Positions 8,409-16,410 of a stretch of DNA of 64,000 nt are shown here, in pieces. Within the stretch, counting starts at the first letter, position 1. Each line of letters opens with the position of its first letter. This DNA is from a virus (lineage: Duplodnaviria > Caudoviricetes). The notes under the pieces are model-generated. The model ran no database searches. It had not been told where the DNA came from and saw nothing but the letters and a program-made list of their open reading frames with translations. A program made the translations under genes and the position numbers. The stretch covers positions 20,525 through 84,524 of IMG/VR virus record IMGVR_UViG_3300033121_001287. One strand, written 5' to 3'.

Positions 8409-8440
8409 GGCGAGGGTGAGCCGACAGGCAAACCCTCGCC
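8409..8440 (+). promoter_or_regulatory. Stem-loop after MCP (GGCGAGGGT...ACCCTCGCC with inner GCC-GACA-GGC)
   Basis: Complementary arms read directly; a second hairpin lies at about 8356-8384. Confidence 0.45.
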
Positions 8441-8468
8441 TCTTACAACTTGAAAGCGAGTACAAGCA

Positions 8469-8762
8469 ATGGCTGAAGACAAGAAGTCCAAGGTCGAAGC
8501 GGAACCTCAGACCGAACCTTCCAAGGCTCCCGTCGAGCCGAAGCCCATCGCATCGATCATCGGTGCACCGGGATCGATCTTCAACATCAACGGTGACTTC
8601 GGCCGGGTTGGTGTGCTGACCATCGGCGGTCAAGCCATCGTTCCCACTCGTTGGGATGAGCGTGGACTGCGCGGTCTTCTCCCGACGGACGCAAGTGGCG
8701 AAGTGAAAATCGTCAACGGCGACGGTGAAGTCTGGACCGGTCACTATCCGGCGAAGGCGTAG
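8469..8762 (+). CDS. Small protein with IPT/TIG Ig-like domain
   Basis: GAPGSIFNINGDFGRVGVLTIGG...RWDERGLRGLLP...GEVKIVNGDG resembles IPT/TIG repeats. Confidence 0.55.
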   Translation: MAEDKKSKVEAEPQTEPSKAPVEPKPIASIIGAPGSIFNINGDFGRVGVLTIGGQAIVPTRWDERGLRGLLPTDASGEVKIVNGDGEVWTGHYPAKA

Positions 8763-8767
8763 ACGCC

Positions 8768-8950
8768 GTGGACACCACGAAGCAGGTGCCCGTCGAGGAA
8801 CTTCGGCATCGGGTTTTTGTCCCGATAGAGAAGCGTAATCTCGACGGCACCTACGTCTTCCGCACGTCAGATCGTGAGAAGTACTTCCGGCTTCCCAATG
8901 GCCAGATTCGACGGGCCGTACCGAAGGTCCGTCGCAAGCGGAAGGGGTGA
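8768..8950 (+). CDS. Small basic hypothetical protein
   Basis: Fills the gap in the operon; basic C-terminal tail. Confidence 0.55.
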   Translation: MDTTKQVPVEELRHRVFVPIEKRNLDGTYVFRTSDREKYFRLPNGQIRRAVPKVRRKRKG

Positions 8951-8953
8951 GTC

Positions 8954-9526
8954 ATGCCGACGATCATCGCTACCGTCGGCGCGGCAAATGCGAATAGCTT
9001 TGCCACTCACGCTGAAATCAACACCTACTTCGAAGAGCGTCTTCCACTCGCCACTCCGTGGGTCGCGAGCGGACAAGAGGCCGTGATTATCATGGCCGCG
9101 CGCACGCTCGAATCGATTATTCGCCCGGCGAAAACGCTCATGGTAGATAGTCGCGGTACGCGATACTATCGTGCGCGTCGTCAGTGGACCGGCTCCCCGG
9201 CTACCACCACTCAGCGTCTTTCGTGGCCGCGCATCGGCATGTTCGACCGCAATGGCAATGCAATTCCGTCGGATGTTATCCCGACTGAATTGAAGGAAGC
9301 GCAAGCCGAACTTGCAGGTCAGCTTCGCATGGGAGATCGCACTCTCGACAACGACGTCGTGGTGCAGGGCTTGTCCTCCCTCCGCGCCGGTAGCGTGTCA
9401 TTGTCATTCAAAGACGGCATTGTGCCGCAGGTACTGCCAGACGCAGTCCTCAATCTTCTCGTCGATTCGTGGTTGACGGAAGAGACGATCAGTTACCCCA
9501 CCACGGCACTCTTCGAGTCGATCTAA
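8954..9526 (+). CDS. Head-tail connector/adaptor (DnaT_2-like)
   Basis: ANSFATHAEINTYF, QRLSWPR, IP.ELKEAQAELA; position after MCP. Confidence 0.75.
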   Translation: MPTIIATVGAANANSFATHAEINTYFEERLPLATPWVASGQEAVIIMAARTLESIIRPAKTLMVDSRGTRYYRARRQWTGSPATTTQRLSWPRIGMFDRNGNAIPSDVIPTELKEAQAELAGQLRMGDRTLDNDVVVQGLSSLRAGSVSLSFKDGIVPQVLPDAVLNLLVDSWLTEETISYPTTALFESI

Positions 9527-9909
9527 TGGGTCTCCTCGACGTTGTGCGATCCGGGGTGAAGATTGCGGATGCCCTGACGAAGTCTCTGCAGGCTTCAGTC
9601 ACCTACCGTCGTTGTATTTCGACGAACCAGTACGGCGTCAAGCAGCTCGGTTCGCCTGTGACACTACTGGCACTCGTTGAGAACAAGCAGCGTAAGGTGA
9701 TGTCACCGACCGGCGTGATCGTAGACTCAAACATTACCATCACGCTGCTGAACGTAGCCGCCGTCGTAGCTGCTACCGGTGGTTTTGGGATTCGCGTCAA
9801 TGACGAGATCGTACTTGCCGACGGATCCACCAACCCGGTACTGAACGTCGGTGGCTTTGTAGACGCTGGAACGAATCAGCCGTTCGCGACGGAGGTGTAC
9901 CTTGGGTAA
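9526..9909 (+). CDS. Head-closure protein
   Basis: TAATG coupling to the adaptor; beta-rich, about 127 aa; synteny. Confidence 0.6.
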   Translation: MGLLDVVRSGVKIADALTKSLQASVTYRRCISTNQYGVKQLGSPVTLLALVENKQRKVMSPTGVIVDSNITITLLNVAAVVAATGGFGIRVNDEIVLADGSTNPVLNVGGFVDAGTNQPFATEVYLG

Positions 9910-10981
9910 CCTCCAGTATCCGGTTGGATGCCCCGATCTTGGGCCGTTTGAGGCAGCAGCCGTTGCTGCGGTCATGGCCACAGGGCATATCACGCACGGC
10001 CCGGCGGTACGTAGGTTTGAAGACCTGCTTGCGGTGCATCTCGGAGTCAAGCATGTGATCGCTTGCTCCAGTGGAACCACTGCATTGCATCTGGCTTGCG
10101 CTTCGATCTTCGGACCTGGAGATCAGGTGCTTGTACCAGACGTGACCTATGTAGCCACCGCGAACGCAGTGACCTACACTGGTGCTGAACCGGTGCTTGT
10201 AGATATTCATCCGGATACGTGGAACATCGATCTCGCACAAGCGGAGCGCAGACTGACTCCTCGCACACGCGCGATGATCGTTGTGCATTTGTACGGCGTG
10301 CCGTGCAACATGGATGAAGTACTTGAGTTCGCGAACAAGCACGACCTCATTGTCATTGAGGACGCGGCCGAAGCGCTTGGTGGTTCGTGGAACGGCAAAC
10401 CCTGCGGAACGATGGGCTTGTGCGGCACGTTTTCGTTCTACGGGAACAAGATCATGACCACTGGCGAGGGCGGGGCCGTCGTTACCGACGACGATTCGCT
10501 CGCGCACGACTTGAGGCTTCTGCGTGGTCAGGGTCAGTCGCCGAATCAGCGCTTCTGGCATGAGCTAGTTGGATACAACTATCGCATGACCGATCTACAA
10601 GCTGCGATTGGTATCACTCAGTTGCAGCGCTTGGCTGAAATGCTTCGATTCCGGCATGAAGTGGTACAAACCTATCGCGACATGCTTGCTGAAGTGCTTT
10701 CGTTTCCGGAGATTCCCGGCACTGCTCCTTGGCTGTTTACTGGCCTGCTTCCGGAAGGCAAGTCAGTTACTGAGATCGCGCAGCGCCTGCTTGATCGTGG
10801 TATTGAAACACGTCCGGTGTTCGTGCCGATGCATCGACTTCCCATGTATCAGGAGCAAGACGGTGAATTTCCCGTTTCCTGTTACATCGCCGATCACGGT
10901 ATCAGTTTCCCGACGTACTCAACGCTCGTCAAGCGTGATGTTCAGTTTATCGTTTCGAACCTACTCAGGGCGCTGCGATGA
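9902..10981 (+). CDS. DegT/DnrJ/EryC1/StrS PLP-dependent sugar aminotransferase (perosamine-synthase-like)
   Basis: SSGTTALHLA, IEDAAEALG, SFYGNKIMTTGEGG, GYNYRMTDLQAAIG; TTG start with GGAGGT RBS. Confidence 0.95.
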   Translation: MGNLQYPVGCPDLGPFEAAAVAAVMATGHITHGPAVRRFEDLLAVHLGVKHVIACSSGTTALHLACASIFGPGDQVLVPDVTYVATANAVTYTGAEPVLVDIHPDTWNIDLAQAERRLTPRTRAMIVVHLYGVPCNMDEVLEFANKHDLIVIEDAAEALGGSWNGKPCGTMGLCGTFSFYGNKIMTTGEGGAVVTDDDSLAHDLRLLRGQGQSPNQRFWHELVGYNYRMTDLQAAIGITQLQRLAEMLRFRHEVVQTYRDMLAEVLSFPEIPGTAPWLFTGLLPEGKSVTEIAQRLLDRGIETRPVFVPMHRLPMYQEQDGEFPVSCYIADHGISFPTYSTLVKRDVQFIVSNLLRALR

Positions 10982-11577
10982 CTCCTCAAGAACTTCAGTT
11001 TCTCGAAGACATCAACTTCGCGTCGGTTGGTGACCCTCGACTCCTCGCCGTGCGGGCCTCGGAATTGCTGCACTGGCTCGAAGAGCAGGAGCAGGCCGGT
11101 CTAATTCCGGAGGCGGTGATTTACGAGCCGGTGGTGCAAACGAAGGTCGACAAGATTGTCATTGGGCGTGGATCGCGCATCGACAGCTTCGTCAAGCTCG
11201 AAGGCGGCCTGCGACTGACCATCGGTCGTTACGTTCACATCGCAAGCTTTGCGCATCTCGGCATCGGTGGCGGCATGTTGAGTCTCGGTGACTTTTCCGC
11301 CGTCGCCAGTGGCGGAAAGATCATCTCGGGTTCAAATCAAGCCGACGCCATGACCATGTCGGCGTGCGCTCCGTCGCACACGCAGCGGATTCAGGCCTCG
11401 GTTACTCGCATCGGGAATTTCGCATGCGTACTCAGCGGTGCGACGGTGCTTCCCGGCGTCACACTCGGTGAGGGTGCGGTGTTGGCTGCGGGTGCGGTTG
11501 CGACGAAAGACATCCCTGACTGGGAGATTTGGGGCGGTGTTCCGGCGAAGTTCATGGCCAAGAGGATCGTGCGGTGA
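10978..11577 (+). CDS. Hexapeptide-repeat (left-handed beta-helix) acyltransferase
   Basis: TIGRYVHIASFAHL, VLPGVTLGEGAVLAAGAVATKDIP.WEIWGGVPAK. Confidence 0.9.
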   Translation: MTPQELQFLEDINFASVGDPRLLAVRASELLHWLEEQEQAGLIPEAVIYEPVVQTKVDKIVIGRGSRIDSFVKLEGGLRLTIGRYVHIASFAHLGIGGGMLSLGDFSAVASGGKIISGSNQADAMTMSACAPSHTQRIQASVTRIGNFACVLSGATVLPGVTLGEGAVLAAGAVATKDIPDWEIWGGVPAKFMAKRIVR

Positions 11578-12254
11578 ACATTGCCATCGGGTCGGCATTC
11601 CGAAACGCCAGTCACTTTGTGCATCGATACATTGCACAGGTGCGGCGGCTTCAGGAGCACGCCGGTCCCGATCATACCGTTCGAATCATTGCGGCCGAAG
11701 GCGACTCCGTCGATGACACGCGGTTGGCCTTGATGCGGGCCGCTACTGATGCGGGGCTTGGGATCGAATTCGTAGAGTGCTCACATGGGAAGCGATGGTT
11801 CGGCTCTACTGAGGAAGTCGAACGGTTAGAAACGCTCTCGAAAGTGGGCAACGCGATTTTCAACGGCGTACGAGAGACCGACGACGTACTGCTTTACGTG
11901 GAATGCGACCTGCTATGGGATCCGCACACGGTTGGATCCTTGATTGACATGGCCTTCAGGCGTGATGAAGGGTTTGACGTATTCGCGCCGATGGTGATGG
12001 CTGGCGAGCATTTCTACGATATCTGGGCGTTTCGCATGCGCGGTGAACGATTCGGCCCGTTCGCTCCGTTTGCTCGACTGAATGCCGGGTTGACCGAAGT
12101 GGATAGCGTAGGAAGCTGCTTGACCATGCGTGGTAGCGTAGCTCGTGAATGCCGAATTGAAAATGATTACTGCTTGGTGGGCTGGTGCGAAGGCGCTCGT
12201 CAACGTGGTTATCGCATAGCAGTTCATCCCGGCTTCAAGGTGCATCACCCATGA
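11574..12254 (+). CDS. GT-A fold glycosyltransferase-like protein
   Basis: IAIGSAFRN, AEGDSVDDT, LLYVECDL (DxD-like), DSVGSCL; GTGA overlap with upstream stop. Confidence 0.7.
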   Translation: MNIAIGSAFRNASHFVHRYIAQVRRLQEHAGPDHTVRIIAAEGDSVDDTRLALMRAATDAGLGIEFVECSHGKRWFGSTEEVERLETLSKVGNAIFNGVRETDDVLLYVECDLLWDPHTVGSLIDMAFRRDEGFDVFAPMVMAGEHFYDIWAFRMRGERFGPFAPFARLNAGLTEVDSVGSCLTMRGSVARECRIENDYCLVGWCEGARQRGYRIAVHPGFKVHHP

Positions 12255-13180
12255 GGGTCTACGTCAATTCGCCGTCGCACTTGTCTCGCGCAATGTTCCG
12301 CGTAGACAAGGCGCTCGTGAAGTATCTCCCACCGAATGCTGCGGTGGTTGAGAGACTTGCACTGGCGGATCTCGTGGTGATCCCGGTGATCGGGTACCCG
12401 GATGCCGTCGGGGCCGTGCAGGACTGCATTGATCGCGGACAAGATTTCGCGATGATTCAGTACTGCGTACGAACTACGCAGGAGCCGCACACTCGGAAGT
12501 GGCTTCCCTTGTGGAAGCAAGCCAAGTGCGTGTGGAGCTACTACAATCTGAATCAGATGATTCGGGATGATAATCCCGATATGACCGAAGAAGAGCGTCA
12601 CATCCCGTCGTTCTACGCGCCGCTCGGCGTCGATGAGGTCTTTGCCGGTCACCGTTCGGGCTACGCACCGCGCACCATTGGTGCTGTTACAACCGGATAC
12701 GTTTCGGGATCATCTGCGGAAGCCATTGAGGAAGTGGCTATCGCTGCTGGAAAGCTCGGCAAGCGAGTTTCGCATATCGGGCCGTTTCCGGTTGGTATGT
12801 CCACCGAGTCACCCGGTAGCCACTGGCAGTTTCACTTTGCCATTAGCGATGAGGAACTTCTGCACATCTACGAGCGCACCGAGTGGGTGTCTGGTCTTCG
12901 GCATGGCGAGGGGTTTGAACTGCCGGTCCTTGAAGGTCTTTGTTGCGGCGCACGTCCGATTCTGTTCGACCGTCCTGAAATGCACTACTGGTATGACGGA
13001 CACGCGGTGTTCGTACCGGAGTGCTCTGGAGAGGAGCTAGTCGCTCACCTTGTTCGAATCATGTCCACGCCGCCTGAGCCGGTATCATTCGACGAGCGCA
13101 GGCGGATCATTCGACGCTTTGACTGGGCGTCGATTGCTGCAGACTTCTGGTCATACACTTTTCAGAGCGTGGGGCAATGA
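12251..13180 (+). CDS. GT-B fold (GT4-like) glycosyltransferase
   Basis: PLGVDEVF and EGFELPVLEGLCCGARP (E-x7-E motif). Confidence 0.85.
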   Translation: MRVYVNSPSHLSRAMFRVDKALVKYLPPNAAVVERLALADLVVIPVIGYPDAVGAVQDCIDRGQDFAMIQYCVRTTQEPHTRKWLPLWKQAKCVWSYYNLNQMIRDDNPDMTEEERHIPSFYAPLGVDEVFAGHRSGYAPRTIGAVTTGYVSGSSAEAIEEVAIAAGKLGKRVSHIGPFPVGMSTESPGSHWQFHFAISDEELLHIYERTEWVSGLRHGEGFELPVLEGLCCGARPILFDRPEMHYWYDGHAVFVPECSGEELVAHLVRIMSTPPEPVSFDERRRIIRRFDWASIAADFWSYTFQSVGQ

Positions 13181-14328
13181 AAAAGCTGTTATGGATCGGT
13201 GATGCTGCGTGTCCAAGCGGGTTCGCACGTGCGACCCATGCGGTACTGGATGCGCTGAAAGAGTACTACGCAATTACGGTGCTTGGTATCAACTACCGTG
13301 GCGATCCTCATAGCTATCCGTATCCCATCTACACGGCCGCAGCCGGTGGTGATATGTTCGGGATCGGCCGGACAATCTGGATGTGCGATACCGTCAAGCC
13401 CGATGTGATTGTCATTCAGAATGATCCGTGGAACTTTCCCGGCTACCTCAAAAAGTTGCAGCAGTTCGAGGAGTACAAGGACGTTCCCGTGGTTGGCGTT
13501 GTAGCCGTTGACGGAAAGAACTGCGGCGGCAACTGGCTGAATGGACTGACGCACGCGATCTTCTGGACTGAGTTCGCGCGCCAAGAGGCCGTCGAAGGCG
13601 GATACACCGGAACGTCGAGCGTGATTCCACTCGGCGTCGATCTCGACATTTTCACCGTCGTAGATCAGAAGATGGCGCGCGAACGCATCGGGATTCCGGA
13701 AGTGCTGATGGACGCTTACTTTGTCGGTAACGTCAATCGCAATCAGCCGCGAAAAAGGTGGGATCTGTGCGTGCGTTACTTCGCGAAGTGGATTCAGCAG
13801 TTCGACATCAAGGATGCGTACCTCTACCTGCATACCGCCCCCACCGGCGATACTGGCGTAGACGTCGCCAAGTTGGCGAAGTACTACGGTGTAGCGGATC
13901 GACTCGCGTTGATGGAGCCTCCTACATGGTATGGCACCTCCGACGAGCACATGCGCGACACTTACAACTCGTTCGACGTTTGCGTTAGCACGACGCAGGG
14001 CGAGGGCATGGGATTGACAACGCTCGAAGCAATGGCTTGCGGCGTTCCATGCATTGTACCTCAGTGGTCGGCGCTTGGTGATTGGGCCTCGCAGGGAGCG
14101 TATCAAGTGAATTGCGATACAACCTGCATTGGGCCGCCTTACGTGAACGTGATCGGTGGCGTTCCCAACGAGGAGGACTTCATCGAGGCTCTTCAGACGA
14201 TGTACTCCAGTAAGCGGATGCGCCGTCATTGGGGTACGCGTGCTTTGGACTGCGCGCACGAGCAGCGTTTTTCATGGGCGTTCATCGGTGAGCAGTGGCG
14301 TGAAGTCATGAAGGGTATCACCGCATGA
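13177..14328 (+). CDS. GT-B fold (GT4) glycosyltransferase
   Basis: SGFARATH, VGNVNRNQPRKRWD, EGMGLTTLEAMACGVP. Confidence 0.9.
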   Translation: MKKLLWIGDAACPSGFARATHAVLDALKEYYAITVLGINYRGDPHSYPYPIYTAAAGGDMFGIGRTIWMCDTVKPDVIVIQNDPWNFPGYLKKLQQFEEYKDVPVVGVVAVDGKNCGGNWLNGLTHAIFWTEFARQEAVEGGYTGTSSVIPLGVDLDIFTVVDQKMARERIGIPEVLMDAYFVGNVNRNQPRKRWDLCVRYFAKWIQQFDIKDAYLYLHTAPTGDTGVDVAKLAKYYGVADRLALMEPPTWYGTSDEHMRDTYNSFDVCVSTTQGEGMGLTTLEAMACGVPCIVPQWSALGDWASQGAYQVNCDTTCIGPPYVNVIGGVPNEEDFIEALQTMYSSKRMRRHWGTRALDCAHEQRFSWAFIGEQWREVMKGITA

Positions 14329-14741
14329 AGCTGACCGGTCGACTTCGAGGTCGTGAAGCGATGGTGCGAACGCTCCAGCGCATTGCGACGAAGTTTCCTG
14401 ATCACGTCGCCGCTGCGATGTATCAGGAAGCTCAGATCGAAATGACCGAAAGCAAGCGTCGTTGCCCGGTGTCGCCGCTCCCGGCCCCAAAGGGCGTGGT
14501 ACCGGGAACGCTTCGCGACAGCGGGCAGGTGGCGCGGCCTGACCGGCGTGGAAAGCACATCTCGGTGACCATGAGTTACGGAGGGGCGGCCGAAGACTAC
14601 GCCGTCGTGCAGCACGAGAACTTGGATTTTCACCATACGACGGGGCAGGCGAAGTTCTTGGAGTCGGTGATCAACGAATCGAGGCCGTACATGGCCGGGC
14701 GCATTGCGGATCGCGTCCACCTGAATAAGGTGAGGTTCTAG
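14325..14741 (+). CDS. HK97 gp10-like tail completion protein
   Basis: CPV...GTLRDSG, YAVVQHE, GQAKFLES. Confidence 0.8.
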   Translation: MKLTGRLRGREAMVRTLQRIATKFPDHVAAAMYQEAQIEMTESKRRCPVSPLPAPKGVVPGTLRDSGQVARPDRRGKHISVTMSYGGAAEDYAVVQHENLDFHHTTGQAKFLESVINESRPYMAGRIADRVHLNKVRF

Positions 14742-15146
14742 ATGCCGTTTCTCGATGAGATTGCTGCGTGGTTGGCAACGGAGGGAGTGGGAATTCCGGG
14801 TCAATCGTTATTCCTATCTTCTGCGGCAATACCTCCGAACGGGGATGGGCCGTACCTATCCTTGAAGGAGACCGGCGGTACTGGATCGACGAGGATCCAA
14901 AACAAGGCTTCGGCGGCAACGCATAGACCTACAGCGCAGGTAAGCGTAAGGGCGAAGGACTACACCGAAGCACGTGCGATGGCAGCAGCCGCGCACGATG
15001 CACTCGATGGGATCTTCAATCAGAACCTTGCAGGCGTCTGGTATGTCAGCGTAACGGCGAGGCAACTCCCGACTGACGCGGGATCGGACGACGTAGGTCG
15101 CGCGATGGTGGTGTTCAACATCGACGCGGAAAAAGAACCCTCATAG
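14742..15146 (+). CDS. Tail terminator / minor capsid-3-like protein
   Basis: IAAWLATEG, ETGG, RPTAQVSVRAKDY, VFN; synteny. Confidence 0.75.
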   Translation: MPFLDEIAAWLATEGVGIPGQSLFLSSAAIPPNGDGPYLSLKETGGTGSTRIQNKASAATHRPTAQVSVRAKDYTEARAMAAAAHDALDGIFNQNLAGVWYVSVTARQLPTDAGSDDVGRAMVVFNIDAEKEPS

Positions 15147-15161
15147 GAGGAGTGAAAGACA

Positions 15162-15602
15162 ATGAGCATCGCCATCAGCGGTCACGGAACACTCGTCGCG
15201 CGTGCCCTTTCGGCCACGCCGACCGTGTTCACCAACATTGCCGAAATGCAGGACGTCACGCCCCCGCAGCTTTCGCGCAATGAGTTCGACGCCACCACTC
15301 AGGACCGGAACATCGACGCGTACGTGCTCGGCGTGTTGCGCCGCAGCGCGTTCACGATGTCGCTGAACTTCCTGAACACCGACGGTTCTCACGACCACCT
15401 CACCGGTCTGATGAAGGCGATGATCACGGAGCCGCCGCCCATCGACGGTTATCGCATCACCTTCCCCGACGGCGTCGTGTGGGTCATGAGCGGTCAGGTC
15501 CAGTCGATTTCCCCGAAGGCGCCGGTCGACGGCAAGCTGTCGGCCGATGTCACGATCCGCCCCTCGGGCAAGATGACCATCGGCGGGGTCGTCGTCGGGT
15601 AG
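15162..15602 (+). CDS. Major tail tube protein
   Basis: IAEMQDVTPP.LSRNEFDAT, YRITFPDG..W.MSGQV; RBS GGAGGAG. Confidence 0.85.
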   Translation: MSIAISGHGTLVARALSATPTVFTNIAEMQDVTPPQLSRNEFDATTQDRNIDAYVLGVLRRSAFTMSLNFLNTDGSHDHLTGLMKAMITEPPPIDGYRITFPDGVVWVMSGQVQSISPKAPVDGKLSADVTIRPSGKMTIGGVVVG

Positions 15603-15638
15603 CAAGCTGCCCCACGCAGCGCTTCGCGCTTCTCTCTG

Positions 15639-15682
15639 GCCCGGTCTCAAGGGGCGAGTAGCGTAGATCGGTGAGACCGGGC
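15639..15682 (+). promoter_or_regulatory. 11-bp stem-loop after the tail tube gene
   Basis: GCCCGGTCTCA (15639-15649) pairs with TGAGACCGGGC (15672-15682). Confidence 0.45.
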
Positions 15683-15715
15683 AAAACAAACAACCTGCGT
15701 GGGAGAGGTTCAGTC

Positions 15716-16066
15716 ATGAGTGAAAATCAGAAGGTTCTGTCGATGGACGACATCATGAAGGCCGATGATGTCGAGTACGCCACCATTCCGGGGTTCAAGG
15801 ACGGCGAGGTGTTCCGCATCCAGTCCCTGACCGCCGGAGACCTGATCGAGTGGAGCGAGGCCAACGAGGGCGAGGCCAAGCGCACAGCCGGTCTGCGCTT
15901 GATCACCAAGAGCCTCGTCGATGCCGATGGCAAGTCCATCGCCAACGACTCGCACATCGCGGTGCTCCGTCGGAAGAGCCACAAGGTGACGGAGAGGATT
16001 GTCAAACAGATCCTCGAACTTAACGGGATGAACGTCAAGCAGGAGGGCAAGGCAAAAAACGACTGA
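15716..16066 (+). CDS. Tail assembly chaperone (gpG-like)
   Basis: Follows the tail tube gene and ends in a slippery heptamer. Confidence 0.8.
   Translation: MSENQKVLSMDDIMKADDVEYATIPGFKDGEVFRIQSLTAGDLIEWSEANEGEAKRTAGLRLITKSLVDADGKSIANDSHIAVLRRKSHKVTERIVKQILELNGMNVKQEGKAKND
16054..16060 (+). other. Programmed -1 ribosomal frameshift site A AAA AAC
   Basis: X XXY YYZ heptamer; the -1 frame stays open to 16410 (KKRLKRSPHRRFAYQLALRLG...). Confidence 0.85.
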
Positions 16067-16410
16067 AGCGAAGCCCGCATCGACGCTTCGCGTACCAGTT
16101 AGCACTTCGACTGGGATACGCAAACGTAGATGCGATGCTTCGGTCAATCACCGCCAAGCAATTCGTTGAGTGGGAAGCTTACGCGCGGATGGATCCGTTT
16201 TCCGAAGCGCGAGCCGACTATCGGGCCGCATCGATTGCAATGACCGTGTATAACATGGCTGTTGAGTCGAAGCACCGAAAGAACCTCAGTGAATTCCTGC
16301 TGAAGTGGGACGAGGAAGAGCAGAAGCCGCAAAAACAGACTTGGCAGCAGCAAAAGGCTATCGCTTACATGATTGCCACTGCTTACTCGGTACCGGGACG
16401 GGACACCTAA
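16054..16410 (+). CDS. Tail assembly chaperone frameshift extension (gpT-like)
   Basis: MLRSITAKQFVEWEAY..MDPF motif; reached by -1 shift. Confidence 0.75.
   Translation, partial: KKRLKRSPHRRFAYQLALRLGYANVDAMLRSITAKQFVEWEAYARMDPFSEARADYRAASIAMTVYNMAVESKHRKNLSEFLLKWDEEEQKPQKQTWQQQKAIAYMIATAYSVPGRDT

Noticed and set aside
9902-14328. Sugar cassette as host DNA or a misassembly
   Set aside because: It is translationally coupled to phage neck genes on both sides with no junction scars.
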